From Felis catus (Eukaryota), in the NCBI RefSeq assembly GCF_018350175.1, contig NC_058368.1:12028001-12092000 (forward strand): DNA of 64,000 bases, written 5' to 3'. Numbering within the stretch: the stretch's first letter is position 1; each line of letters opens with the position of its first letter. Both the position numbers and the translations under genes were made by a program. Positions 23,521 to 36,926 of this stretch are shown in pieces. The notes under the pieces were generated by a model, which had not been told where the DNA came from, ran no database searches, and saw only the letters and a program-made list of their open reading frames with translations.

Positions 23521-25821
23521 TATAGTTGTAGTTGCTTGCTTTGCTGGGCCATTGAGAGGATCAGAGTAAAAGGCATCTAGTGCAATGTTTAGCACAGGGA
23601 GGGTTTTTAATCTATTATATCCACACAGACACGAACATATATACATACCTGCATTTATGACATTCCTAGTCTCCTATGAGTGAAATATGGGCATTGAGTT
23701 GTTTATCTATCAAATATAATATGTATGCCTCACTTTGTACTCTTATTTCCCTGTTGGCCCAGGGCAACAGGGCCAACCATAGCCTTGGTCCCCAATCAAA
23801 GGTGCTATCCGGTCCCCACCCCACAGAACCTGGAACATGTGCGTTACGGTGAGGCAGTGGTGAGGCACCACCTCAGTGGTGGTAGAAGGCAGTGATGGTG
23901 GTGTTTAACAGTAGAAAGAGCAGAACTGAGGAACAGAGGGGTCTGACATGAGGATGCTGGGAAGGCTCAGGGGGGTGACTGGAGACTTCACCTTTGATTA
24001 TACGTCAAAGAGCTGTGGCTCTGGCCCACCATGGACAGGTGTGCCATGAGAGATGAGACTGATGTTCATCTTGCTACTAATGCTTGTTTAAGAACCTGGG
24101 CATGATGTCTAAGTACATAACTAAAGTTGATCTTGACGTCATTACCTGATTCATTATAGTGATTTTCTGGTTGTTTTTATGGATCATTGTAAAACTAGTT
24201 TTGAATGAAATATGTATCCTTACTTTTTCCATCTTAATTTTTCAGAACGCGTGTATCCTTCAGTTGCTAAGTAACATGCCTATAAAGTGTTATCACAGAG
24301 GTTCTATCTGAATAATTTCTGTAATCACTTAGGAGATTGCTTTAATAGTATATCATCCTAAATGGTAAGAAATGACTAATTCTAGGCTGTTTGGAGAAAA
24401 CTGACTGAAGTATTTCCTCAAAGGCAGGAGGTTCATCAGCCAAGGAGCATAAGACGGAGCACATGGTATACGCCTCGCTCACTGCGCCTCCCCGTCACAA
24501 GTTTATCACTGTGTTTCGTGCCTCCAGATGGAGCACACGCTCACCAGGAACTTCTAAAGTTCCAAAGAGCCAAAGGATCCAAAAAGAAAGATTTTTTAAA
24601 AAGAAGTATTTTGCTCTGGTGGATTGAAAAATCGCTTTTATCACAACCATAAATGAAGCATGATTCAGAAGGAAGGCAGTATTGCTCCAGTTCTCTCAGG
24701 GCAGAAACACAAGCAGAGCTGAAGCATGGAAGTCTCATAACCATCCTGATCAAGGGGAACGCTTGACGAGAGACCCATCAGTGTGGCTGCAGGAGGTCTC
24801 CTGTGTTATGTCATCTTCTGCTTTTTACACAAGGGTGCTGGAACAGGTGGTCAGGAGCTCAGAAACATGCTCGTCTGACCTGGGGACCAACAAGACAGAA
24901 TTTGTGATTCTGAACCCCCAAACACAGGCCAGGTTTGTGTGGTTCCCAGGGGCAGACTCTACCCCAGTCCTGACCGTCTTCCAGAAGCCACAGTCCAGGG
25001 CTGTGTGTATGAGCACCACAGCACACATTCAGGTGTCCCCTACTTTGAAGAAATTGTGTTCCTTAACATTTCCTTCCCTTCTGTTGACTGATTTCCCTCC
25101 TCTATCACCAGACGTTTAGAAAGACTGGTGCTGCTCGCACTGGCTATGCTGTCTGGCCCCACATTTTCTCTTCTTCTCATTGCAATCTACATCCTTGCTC
25201 TCCTCCCCAAGTAATCACCAAACTTCTCTTCCCGAGGTCTATTGTGACTTCCTAAATGCCAGATCCTTGTCCTATTTTCGGCCGTCCACCTGAAGGACAT
25301 CCCTGCTGTGTTGGACGTGGGACACCGTCTCCCCCTTGCAGCTTGCTCCTCCAAAGGCCTTGGTCCCTGGCTCCTCTCTCTTGGTCTGTCTGTCATCCCA
25401 TGTCCTCATCCTCCTGTTCCTCTCCCCATTTCTTCTTGGTCCCTTTCGATGACCCTCCTCTTTCCGCCCTGTGACTGTTGGCATCCTAGAGGATTAACCT
25501 TTTGGCAATTCGTTCTTTTACTCCTTCCACCTGTCCCCAAATTCAGAGCCATCTTGTGCATCCTACTTGGTGCCAGGCACTAAGCTAGTCAGGAAATACA
25601 GAGATGAATGAGATCCAATCTTCAACCTCACTGTGCACCCTAAAGTCTAGAGGGAGCAACAGTGTGTACTGTGGTATAGGTTTGGACCAGAAGAGGTGGG
25701 GGGAAAATCAATTCTGCGTGATGGGAAGGAACATGTAGTATAATACAGTGGAGTATTTACCATGTTGCCTAATCGTTAGAAGTGAAGGTCTGTCAGGCCT
25801 AAGCCAGGGCTTTCCAGAAGA

Positions 25822-25823
<2 letters not shown>

Positions 25824-25860
<37 letters not shown>
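25824..25860. repeat. (GT)n microsatellite
   Basis: Direct tandem repeat. Confidence 0.98.
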
Positions 25861-25861
<1 letters not shown>

Positions 25862-26369
25862 TGTTACATGCATGTGCGCCTGGAAGCCTCGAGCAGTTGA
25901 GGAGCTGTTCCACTCTAAGAAGGGGACCTTATCTTACTCAGGAAGTGCTTCAAATGTAACTTACTGGAAGATTAGCTGGGGGAGGCTAGCTTTGCCCCAA
26001 CTTGCAGATGAGTCAGTAATTATTTGTATTCCCCCTTTGAACTCTATACTCCAAATTATTTTTGTGTTTCCAAGGGTGATTTCAAAAATACTTAGGACAC
26101 CAACACAGATCAATCTGGATGAGTGACTGAGCATGATTCCAGAAGTGCTTTTTTGTGCCATAAGGGAAATCCTTTAGATCATGGCCGGGGCCGGGGGGGG
26201 GGGGGGTGGTGTGTGAGTATGTGTGTGCATGTGTGTGTATGTGTGTGTGCATGCATGTGTAGGGTGTCTGGAGGGAGAGGCTGAGCAGCTGAGTTAGAAA
26301 GGAAGGGGACAGAACAATTTCACAACTATCTGAAGGTACTTCAGTATGTTAATATCCTGTATGGTCATA

Positions 26370-26552
26370 CAGAGGCAATCTTGCCTTCCTCCTGAGACTG
26401 AAAATTCTCTAAGAACAGATTACACAATCTTATTTTAAGGTCAGCTGACTAGCAACCTTAATTTTCCCTTTGACATGTAACCCAACATATTCACAAGTTC
26501 TGGGAATAGGATGTAGACGTTATTAGGGGGTGTGCATTATTTTGCCTACTAT
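26370..26552 (-). mobile_element. MLT1 (MaLR) LTR fragment
   Basis: catgtaacccaacatattcacaagttctgggaatagga...attttgcctacta. Confidence 0.6.
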
Positions 26553-27149
26553 ATGCACCTATGAGACAAACAAAACAAAACAAAACACACAACGCTCCTA
26601 ACAGTGTGAATGGCTAGTTAAAATTTGGGATACATTACCTGCAAAATACTGTAAAGTAAATATTATCTATTTGGAAAATTCTCTTATATGACTTGAAAGT
26701 AATCTGGTAGATGCTAACCCTGATGATCAAGACAAAAAAGTTTGAATAAAGTTGTTCTATGAAGAAGAGGTTAGAAAAAGCAGTATCTTAAAAAGTATGT
26801 GTATAAGTAATGCACTTAATATTTTAAACAGACATTTGACTATTTTTGCTATATCCTTAAAGGTCATGTGCTTGAGTTGGTCAAAACACTTTTTAAAGAT
26901 ATTTTTCTTAGAAAGCAAGATCGTCTGATATTGTGGTCACCTTATATTTGAGCATACAGGATAAACATTTCTTTATTAAAGATTTAATATATCCTCAAAA
27001 TAAAAATTTAAATGGTTAGGAAAGTAGATGGTAAAAAATAAAGGTGTGTGTGTCCTGACCGACCCCAGTCCTACCCTCCAGAACTAACTACTATGAACAG
27101 TTTCTTGAATATCTTTCCAGAAATGCTCTGCCTTTAGGCCTACATGATC

Positions 27150-27400
27150 TAGCTCCTGTTTACTTCTTGTAATACTCTTCCCTTGCTCTCTAAGCTCCAG
27201 CCACTCGGCCTGCTTTTTGTTTTTCCAAAACATCTGGATCATCCCCGAAGCCCCAGGACCTTTGCGCTTTCCATTTATCTTCTTGGAATGTCTTCTCTCA
27301 TATCTCTGCATGCCCAGCTGTATCTCATCTTCCAGAGACCAGCTCAAAACCCCTTCCTCAGTGGAGCTTTTCCTGTCCTCATGTACCCTGCTACCACATA
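27150..27400 (+). mobile_element. L2 fragment
   Basis: ctccagccactcggcc...ccccaggacctttgc. Confidence 0.6.
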
Positions 27401-27408
27401 ATACTGTT

Positions 27409-28020
27409 TGTCTTGGTCAGTTTGGGTGGTTATAATAAAAATACTCTAGACTGAGTGACTTAATATTTTCTTACTCTTCTGGAGGCTGGAAAGTCCAAGA
27501 TTAAGGTGTTGACCAACTCAGTTCCCCCAGCGAAGTCTCTTTTCCTGGCTTGTAGAACTTTTCATTGTGTCCTGGCCACCCGGCTGGGGGTGGGAGGGTG
27601 GAGAAGGAGAAAAAGAAAAGCAAGCACTCTGGGGACTCTTCTTATAATCCCATCGTGAAGGTCCCACCTCATGACTCATTTAAACCTGTCACTTTCCAGG
27701 CGCACCTGGGTTGCTAGGTTGGTTGAGCATCCAACTTCAGCTCAGGTCATAATCTTACATGATCTCATGGGTTCGAGCCCCACATCAGGCTCTGTGCTGA
27801 CAGCTGGGAGCCTGGACCCTGCTTTGGATTCTGTGTCTCCCTCTCTCTCTGTCCCTTTCCCCCACTCGCACTCTGTCTCTCCCTCTCAAAAAGTAAAAAA
27901 ATAAACATCAAAATAATTTAAACCTATAACTTTCCAAAGCCCCCACCTCCACATACCATCTGCTGGGGATTAAGACGTCAACATAGGAATTTTGGAGAGA
28001 CACAATTCAGTTCATAGCAC
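27409..28020 (-). mobile_element. MLT1A-like MaLR LTR, interrupted by a SINE
   Basis: tgtcttggtcagtttggg...tctggaggctggaaagtccaagattaagg...acacaattcagttcatagca. Confidence 0.8.
27698..27915 (+). mobile_element. Carnivore SINE
   Basis: SINE body; TSD atttaaacctgtcactttcca/atttaaacctataactttcca. Confidence 0.9.
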
Positions 28021-28489
28021 CATGCTGGTTTTCAGAGCACACAGAATGCTACTAGCTTAACTTAGCATCTCGTGTTTTGCTGTTCATGGCGCAAGCCCAT
28101 CTAACGAACACAAAGCTCCCCCTGAGGACCCTGCCAGTCTTTCTCAATGCTTCCCTCTTTTGAGCCTCCATGAGATGTCCCACAATAGTGCCAGCTTTGA
28201 GAAGAAACTAGTGACAGATTTTACTGACGTGTTTGCCAACAAGATTATTTCAGAATCTCTTGACTACTCATAGACTTTGTCTTGCTTTCTCCACAAAAGA
28301 ATAAAAGGAATTCTGATAAGTACAAGTAGGTGTCGAGAGCTCCTGATTTTGGAGGCACTAAAGCACAGCACTGCTCCTCAGAGCTGTGTTAAACTCCACA
28401 GAGTGAAGGCCTTTGCGTGGTTGACGTCCTAAGACACTGCTCACCTGCCCAACCACGTGAAAAATGAGTGTTGAGGACTTTTTCCTTGA

Positions 28490-28605
28490 TTGGAAATGCA
28501 CATGATAATGAAGAGACAGAGGCTCAGAGAGGGTAAGTGACCTATTCAAGGTCTCACCGCCTGTCACAGAAGGAGCTGGGCTTAGCATCCGGGTCTGGTC
28601 CCCCA
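28490..28605 (-). mobile_element. MIR fragment
   Basis: gaggctcagagagggtaagtgacctattcaaggtctcac. Confidence 0.65.
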
Positions 28606-29699
28606 TGGGGAGCTTCTTCAGGACAGACTCACTGTCTCTTCTCCCTTTACTCAGCCAGCCAACCTCCATTCAGATGCAGTTCCAAGCAGTTGGCATCAGA
28701 GGCCACCCCTTGACTCCAAAAGGAAGTGGGACAGAAAAAATTCCAGATGGTTCCCCAGGGTATACATCCACCTGCCACTGAGTTGCTGGTTGGAGGCAAG
28801 CCTGTGTTTGGGGCTTGTGACCAGGTCCCAAGGGACCTTGTTCCCTTGGGTAGCTGTGGACACGAGGTTATGTTAAGAAAAGCTGATCATAATGAAGGGG
28901 AAAGGAGTGACTTGAACTAGGCTGGTCAAGCCAGCTGATGGGTGGGGCCCACTGGGAATTCAGGATCTTGCACCTGAGATGCCAAATGAAGCATGCGGCC
29001 CTCTCTCAGGGTCTGCCTCAGTGAATTTTCACCATGTCCGCTGAAAACACAGACACGCACAACTAATGTATTCCTTAGAAAACAAGCCTTTGTAAGTTCG
29101 CAAGTAAACAAGTGGCAGGCAGCTTGCATTCCGTTCTCAGTTTGTTTTTAGGAGAGTAAAACCCGCAAAACGAGCAACAGACATCTTTCTCCTGAGCGTT
29201 CTTCTCAGCTCAAGTGCACAGTGAGAAAGGAATGGAGGGTGAATGTAATCCAAAGCTTCCGGAATGCCTCTCAGCCCTGGGACGGCAGCCTAAGTGCCTT
29301 AAGAGAAACAAGGACTAGGTTTTGAAAAGCCTCCAGTGGCCCTTTGCCGTTAGGTACAGTCACGTGAAATTCCCGAGACCTCTGGCAGGTTCTATTGTGC
29401 CCACACCAGAAAAACCAGAGCAGTTCCAAGTCTGGAGTGAACTGAGCACTGAGGTGACCCTTGTCCTCTGCACATCTGAGGAGGCTGACCCCAGTGCTGC
29501 TGGAGCCTCTGAGGCAAGTCTGATATAACACTCTGCTGACTGCTGATTGTACCCCACACCCATCTCCTTTTCGCCGAGGATTTCCACTCTCACCCCGTTG
29601 TGAACAATGGGGTGAAAATGTCAAGAGAGGTGGTGGGGAGCGTGCTAGTCCCTTTATGCTCTGACATAATTACCCCCCCCCCCCCCGGGGGCGCGCTAG

Positions 29700-29987
29700 A
29701 TACAACATTTATTTATTCCTCACAGTTCTAGAGGCTGTGAAGTCCAAGTTCAGAGGGCTGCCAGATTCAGCGTCTGGTGAGAATGCACTTCCTGTGTCTG
29801 TCTTCTGGCTGGGTCCTCACGTGGCCGAAGGGGTGAGAGAACGCTGTGGGGTCTTTTTATAAGGGTGCTAATCCCATTAGGGCTCCACCCTCATGACCTC
29901 TCCAATGCCCCATCCCCAAATACTATCACATCAGGGATTAGGTTTCAACATAGGAAACGTGTTGAAACACGCATTCAATCTATTGCA
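29700..29987 (-). mobile_element. MLT1 MaLR LTR fragment
   Basis: ctcacagttctagaggctg...ctccaccctcatgacct...cattcaatctattgca. Confidence 0.75.
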
Positions 29988-30069
29988 GAAAGGGGCACAG
30001 AAGGAAGCATAAGGGAAATGAGTGGGTTTTGGGGAGGGGAGCGAATGAAAAGGGCTTCGACACATGGTG

Positions 30070-30520
30070 TGGTTGCTTGTTGAGTTAGGTTGCATAATTC
30101 ACCCCAATACTTTGCTTTTCCTTGTACCCACACTCTGTGCCTGGTGCCCTTGCGGCTCGTCCCACTAATATATTTCATCATCTCTGACTTTGGGTTTGGC
30201 CCATTGACTAGCTTCGGATAATAGAATGGGGCAGAAGTGAAGTGACAATGTCCCCGTTCCCAGCCTCAACCTTAGGAGGCTCTGCGTGGCTCCGCTTACA
30301 TTCTTCCGCCTCAGCATTGCCATGAGAAGAATTTTCCTCAGTGGCCTGTTGGTCCTAGGAGAGGCATGTGGGGCACAGCCTGGATCAATCCAGGTGTGGC
30401 AGAGATCCAGTTATGTGAGCACATTCAGCGGAGATCATCAGAACTATCGGGTGGGTCAGCTAACCTCCAAACACAGGAGAAACAGCAAAATATTGCTGTT
30501 TTAAGCCCCTGAGTTTTAGA
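30070..30520 (+). mobile_element. Old MLT1 LTR
   Basis: tgggtttggcccattgactagcttcgg...ttgctgttttaagcccctgagtttt. Confidence 0.6.
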
Positions 30521-30532
30521 GGAGGACTCGGC

Positions 30533-30945
30533 AACCAAAAAGAATGAAATCTTGCCATTTGCAACGATGTGGATGGAACTAGAGTGTATTACGCTAAGGG
30601 AAATAAGTCAGTCAGAGAAAGACAAATATCACATGACTTCACTCATATGTGGAATTTAAGATACAAAACAGATGAACATAAAGGAAGGGAGGCAAAAATA
30701 ATAGAAAAACAGGGAGGGAGACAAATCAAGAGACTCTTAGATACAGAGAACAAACTGAGGGTTGCTGGAGGGGTGTTGGGTGGGGGGAATGGGCTAAAGG
30801 GGTGAGGGGTATTAAGGAGGACACTTGTTGGGATGAGCCCTAGGTGTTATGTATAAGTGATGAATCACTAATTCTATTCCTGAAATCTTTATTATGCTAT
30901 ATGTTAACTAACTTGGATGTAATTTAAAAAGATAATCTAAAAAAA
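30533..30945 (+). mobile_element. Carnivore L1 3' end
   Basis: aagaatgaaatcttgccatttgcaacgatgtggatggaactagag...tatgttaactaacttgga. Confidence 0.9.
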
Positions 30946-30949
30946 GTGA

Positions 30950-31470
30950 ACTAATATACCTACCTAACAACCACAATCCCTTTCTTCTTTGGTGTTGTAG
31001 AGTCCCGATTTTGTTAAAGATTATAATGTGCCATTATTGGTTTAAGGCAATCATGTCACTTCTGTTACTGTTTGCTAGATAACTTTCCTCCCCAGGCTTC
31101 CTTGCAGCTGGTGGTGACCAAGGTGACCTAGTTCTGGCCAAGGAGACATAAAGGGAAATCTTACTTTGGGGGAAGATTTTCCTCCTGATAAAAACAAAGC
31201 TCTTTTCTGTCTATCCCTTTCTTTCCTATTTGGGTGCTGGTATGGCTGTGTGATATCTGGAACTGTGGAAGCCATCTTGTCACCATGATGTCACATGTTC
31301 AAGGATGAGAGGTCCACACACTGCAGATGCCCAAACAAGGTGAGAAAAGCCTGGGCTTTTGACTGCATTGTTAAGCTTCAGAACAAACCCTGGGACCATC
31401 TACCTCCAGCCTCTCACCAAGAAAACAGTGATCGTCATTATGGTTCAAACCACTGTCGGCCAGGTCTTCT
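30950..31470 (+). mobile_element. Old MLT1 LTR
   Basis: ttccttgcagctgg...gttctggccaaggagacataaagggaa...gaagccatcttg. Confidence 0.55.
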
Positions 31471-32809
31471 GCGATGGCAGCCCAGTGCATTGTTGGGAGG
31501 TAAGGGTACAGTGAAGGTGGAGGAGAGGGGTGTGGGTGACAAATTACGGAGGTGTGTGTCATAGTGCTGTGAGAAGCACACTGAGAATTGAAGAACTTTT
31601 CCTAATTAGCTGTGTAACCTTGAGTAACTCACTCACCTCTCGGGGCTGCAATTTCCTCTCTGGAGAGAAGGCATTTAACTAGATGATCTCTAAGGTTTTT
31701 ACAGCTCGAACACTGACTCTGAACATACAGTCAAGTCTCTGAGTACCACAGCTGGGCAAATATTCACAGAGGATTTTGGAGAATTATTAATTATGCCCAA
31801 AGAAAAGACCAGGGATAGTTGTTCTGTAGCAAATGCTTAGCTCTGGGCTTGTAAATAATGAGTTTCTTCTTCGTTTCTGAGCTCGTGTCTAATGTAGGTC
31901 TTACCTGCTCTAGGGGACTTTCATCAAATGCTCATTAGATGCCTTGTTTATAAAAAATGATTTGCATGCAAGGAGCAAATGCTTCCTTTTCAGGAGCAGG
32001 TGTTGTGGGATGAGGAGAAACATGCTGGCTAATGCCTTGTCATCCAAATTCACAGAAATTTCTGGTATCCTGGGCAGGTTTGACACCATTCTGGGAAGAG
32101 AACTAAGAGACACATCTTCTGAATAAATTAGTCTATTTATTCAGTTTCTAGTTCTGTAGGGTAGAGCTTTGGCAGGATCCCAGAGAAGCATCAGCTGGGG
32201 GAAAAAAATCACTTTATTTTCTGCTTTAGCCAACAGCATTTTCCTGCCCGGACTCTGCAAAAACGGACTTGCTTAGCTTTGCAGGCTCCTCCAGCTGCCA
32301 CTGTTTCTCTGTGGCCTTCTGCTAACACATGCCCCCGGCTCGGTCAGATTTCTTCAGCTCTCGTATTTCCCCCCCCAAAACGATTTTTCTTTAATCTGTC
32401 CCTGATTTTCTCTGCAGTAATATACACAAGCTTACCTTTTCCCCCGTTTCCTTCCAACTTCCATTATCTCCCTTGCTCGCCCTCTCCTCTTTTCTCCATC
32501 TACTGCCATGTTCTGAAAGGTTTCTTTGACTTTTGTGAAGTGATGTCCCTAAAATCTCATCAGAACTCTGGGTGTCATGATTATCTGATATCATCATGCA
32601 GACGTGTTTTGCCAGCTACCATTTGCTCTGCAGAGAGAATTGCGCACTTACGGTCTTGCTCTGTTGGGCAGAGCAGTGAAGACCAGCTGAGCACGTGGAT
32701 GTCATTCATTTACATACACATTTTACAAACCTTTATTGAAGATGACCATGGAATTCGAAAGCACTGAGCTAAGGACTATAAGGGGAAACAAATTACTTTC
32801 TGCACGAAC

Positions 32810-33230
32810 ATGTCCTGTCTGGAGCTTCCAAAGAGGAGGAGCAGGTGAGAATTTCAAAAGGAAAAATTTTCCCTTCTAGCGACACATACCTTAGGAGATA
32901 CCAAGATTAAATGTATTTTATCATAACTGATTCGACCCAGCTGACGTGGACCCCAAACCAACCCCCTATTGGCCCCAACTAAAGATTCTTTCCTGAACAA
33001 TGAACAGTTGGATCTATTTGAACCCACCAGATACAGACCTGTAGATTGATTTCCGAGGTGCTGTTTTTCAACCTTTAATCACCGTGAACCCCTCTTTCCA
33101 GGTGACACCACCTGACTTTCCTCCCTCAGCTATTCAGCGAATTTCTTCACTCGCGTGTGTTTCCTTGCCAGGCAAGTCAATAAACTTGGCTTTGTGGATT
33201 TTATTTATTTTATAACTCTGGTCGTCCTCA
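32810..33230 (+). mobile_element. Probable solo LTR (class I-like)
   Basis: U3/R/U5-like layout with attgg box and ccttgccaggcaagtcAATAAActtggctttg. Confidence 0.4.
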
Positions 33231-34559
33231 TTTTATTTGTTTTCAGAATATAGGCTGTAGGGGAGCCAACTAATGTTTAACATCTGGCAGCAGCACAGAA
33301 GAAATTCTGAACATTAAAAACGACTAAAAGAAAAACAACCTAACCCAACCAAAAAACAAGCCAATAACAGCCACAGTAACATCATAACAGCAAATCTCAC
33401 TCGGGAGACAAGGCCCTGTTAGGAAATGAGACCCACGATAACTTCCCAGCTCAGGTCATTTCTGACCAGGAGCTGGTTTCAACTGGATGAAGCCAATTTC
33501 AACAGCGGTCTGATCCAGATCTGAATATTGTTTTCCACGTTGGTGTGGCTTCTTTGTTCTGTTTAACATTCCAAGTTTAGCAGGCTGGTAAGGAACAAAG
33601 GCCGTAATTTTAACAAACATTACCTGCCTTTTACTTTTCTAATTATTTACCGGGTACTGCTGCAGCCTTTGGTTCGTTTAGGTAGGAATTACGCACCTTT
33701 GGCTCTCATATTGTGATATCTGGATTTTCTCAGAAGAATCCTTCCAGAACTTGAGCTCGTTTTGCTTTGTGATCTTATTAAAGAAAGTCAGGAGATTTTT
33801 AGTTCCGAGCAGGGTTTCTGCAGCACATGTTTCAAACTCTGGGAATTATTGGAGGCCTGTACATCATTCCTCACTGAAGGAAACATCCGGCACTTTTCCC
33901 ATACGTGCACTTTCCTTCTACATCAAGATGCTATTATGATTTGTTTCCCCCCTTATGGCAGATTACTAATATACCACATATTTGTGAAGGGAATTTATTG
34001 AAAATATAGCAGAATCCTTTTAATGTATTCCTTGTAGCTTTAAAGTAATACAGCCCAATCACGTTTCTGCCTCTGGCTGTTCCTATATTTTAGGGATTTT
34101 GGTCTGCAATATAAAGTACACAATGCTTTGCTTGTCTTAAGTCAGATGCGATTCAGTGTCTTTAATGTGACCTTCCCTGTTCCCCGCTTGTTGTCGTCTT
34201 TAAGTAAATGTTTATTCAGTGCCTACCACCCAGGGCTTTACCTCGGGCATATACAAAATGGTGTTTGAATGTATTCCCTCTGCCTTCTGAGAGCTCAAGT
34301 TAAGCCATCTTCCTCCCTCCCTCCCTTAAACGTTTGTTAGTGGGCAGACAAGTGAACATAAGAGGAATCCTTTGATAATTCAAGAGACAAGCCAGAGCAA
34401 AGGCCCCACTCAGGAGTGAATGTTTAATGGCACGTTTCCAGAATGTAGAGAGGAGGATAGTGCAAATCAGTAGAGGCAGTATATCAAAGGAAGGAGGGAA
34501 AATAATGGTTATTTCTCTTCCTTTTGTAGAAATCTTCTTATAAGACATGGTTTCTTGAA

Positions 34560-35045
34560 GCTATCAGCTATCAATTGCTGCATAACAAATGACCCCCAAA
34601 TTCAATGGCTTTATTAAAACAGCAATGATTTATTATTTCCCGTGATTGTTAGGGTTGAAAATCTAGGCAGTTCTGTCGCTTGTCCGGCAATAAGAGTTGT
34701 AAGAGTTTGGGGCTGGAGGGTCTATAATGGCCTCGCTCGCTATCAGGAATTGATGCTGGCCATTGGCTGGGGTTTGTCTGTTCTCCTTGACATGACCTCT
34801 TATCTTCCACGACACTAGAGTGGGCTTTTTCACAGCAGAGTGGTCTCACGGTCTTGAAGTCTGGGCTCTGGAACTTGTACTGTGCTACTTTTGCCACATT
34901 CTATTGGTTCCAAGCAGGACCTAAGGACATTCAGATTCAAGAGGTGGAGAAATAGATTCCACTTTTTAATGGGAATACCAAAGGGACATAGACCCGGGCA
35001 GGTGTGATTCATTGGGGACCATTACTCTAACAATCTATCACAGCA
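34560..35045 (-). mobile_element. MLT1 MaLR LTR
   Basis: tatcagctatcaattgctgcataacaaat...ttgccacattctattgg...aatctatcaca. Confidence 0.7.
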
Positions 35046-35461
35046 GAAGCGGGGTCAGAAGACTGGGAATGCAAGGAAGGGGATAATTTAAGAACCGAAC
35101 ATTCAGGCTTCCCCCAGAACCTTTGTCCTTGTCTTTAATTACGGAATCCAATGTGTCAGAAAATAATAGGTTGTCCCCAATTATTTGTTTCTGGGGATAC
35201 AGATGCAAAGGGATGTCTTAGTGAAGGAAAAATGAGGGATGCCTACACTCTTATTAAAGTTTGGCATTTAGGGAATACTATATAAGACGGAAAAGCAGAA
35301 AATATTTAATTGCCAAAGAGATGAGGGGAAACAGAAGATTTTATCAGGCAAATATATACACATTCCAGATTATGTATGCACATTGGAACACACATATGAG
35401 ATGCTTTCTGCTGTAAGATGATTTTAATTTTATGGTTGTAGCTTTTAAAGAGCATTTTCCT

Positions 35462-35675
35462 GGGGCACCTGGGTGGCGCAGTCGGTTAAGCGTCCGACTT
35501 CAGCCAGGTCACGATCTCGCGGTCCGTGAGTTCGAGCCCCGCCTCAGGCTCTGGGCTGATGGCTCAGAGCCTGGAGCCTGTTTCCGATTCTGTGTCTCCC
35601 TCTCTCTCTGCCCCTCCCCCGTTCATGCTCTGTCTCTCTCTGTCCCAAAAATAAATAAACGTTGAAAAAAAAAAA
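35462..35675 (+). mobile_element. Young SINEC_Fc
   Basis: Near-consensus; perfect 17-bp TSD ttaaagagcattttcct. Confidence 0.97.
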
Positions 35676-35916
35676 TTAAAGAGCATTTTCCTTTCTGTGT
35701 AGCCCTGCACTTCAGGGAGTCTGTCACTGAGTGATGAGCACATGGCTTTAACTGCAAGCCATGTGGGTCCTTTTGTTTAAGTGTCTTAGAGTCATAACCT
35801 CAAGTTTCCTCCACATAATCAAAAAAACATGTTATTCTCTATTAAAGGAATGGATTCTAAAAAACCCGTTATAACTGATTTTTTTTTTTAAGTTGAATTT
35901 TAGTAATGATTCTCGT

Positions 35917-36115
35917 GGGGTTTCTGGGTGGCTCGGTCATTTGGGCGACAGACTTCGGCTCAGGTCATGATCTCATTGCTCCTGGTTTGGGCCCCGCATT
36001 GGGCTCTGTGCAGAGAGCTAGGAGCCTGGAGCCTGCTTCGGATCCTGTCTCTGTCTCTCCACCCCTCCCACACACAAGCTCTCTCTCTTTCAGAAAAAAA
36101 AAAAAAAAAGAAAAG
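35917..36115 (+). mobile_element. Carnivore SINE (diverged)
   Basis: SINE body and A tail; TSD aatgattctc. Confidence 0.85.
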
Positions 36116-36708
36116 AAATGATTCTCATAGCACAAATTTGTACCTTTCTCATCAATCCTTAACTTTCCCTATATTTAGATTCTGAATCTAACACCAATAC
36201 TCTTTCCTAGGAGTTCTTCTCTTAGCAGGTACTATTGGCTTTCCATTGGAATGTCTAAAATACTGAAAAGGTTGTTGGGCTGAATTAAAGAGGTGGCTTT
36301 AGTTTGCCTTTCCAGCATATCATGATTCTGTTTTATCTGTGTGCAGACGGGAAACAATGCAAAATAAAGGTAAGGTGCCACAGAGATCATGCTTATGTTT
36401 TTATTCACTGCTAATTTACCTGTGAGTTTTACCTGGGCAGGACTAGTAAAACACAGGTAGTTTATGTTCTCTCTTTCCATTGTTACCAAAAACCACTTCC
36501 TTATACACTGCCCTAACTTCGGGCTTCTATAGACACTTTCCTGGTAGACCTATAATTGGTAACGGTTTGAAAACTAGTCTTCAAAGGTTTGGAATAGCAA
36601 CTTAAACCACCTTTATTATATAAACGCTATCTTTATTTTTGGAGCCAGGACAACTCAGGTAAACAAGAAAATAAACAAGAAAATAAAAATCACTCAGAGA
36701 TGACCACT

Positions 36709-36926
36709 CTTTATTTTTTAAAAATGTTTATTCATTTTTGAGAGAGAGACAGAGACCGAGTGCTAGCAGAGGAGGAGCAGAGAGAGGGAGACACAGAATC
36801 CGAAGCAGGCTCTAGGCTCCAAGCTGTGAGCACAGAGCCCGATGCGGGGCTCGAACTCACAAACTGTGAGATCATGACCTGAGCTGAAGTCGGACGCCCG
36901 ACCTACTGAGCCACCCAGGCACCCCC
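36709..36926 (-). mobile_element. SINEC_Fc-like SINE
   Basis: TSD cagagatgacca. Confidence 0.93.

Noticed and set aside
32279..32767. 162-aa ORF
   Set aside because: TTG start, pyrimidine-biased composition, no recognisable homology or splice context
33615..33650. 15-nt minus-strand exon candidate with CAG|GTAAT donor
   Set aside because: The acceptor lacks a pyrimidine tract
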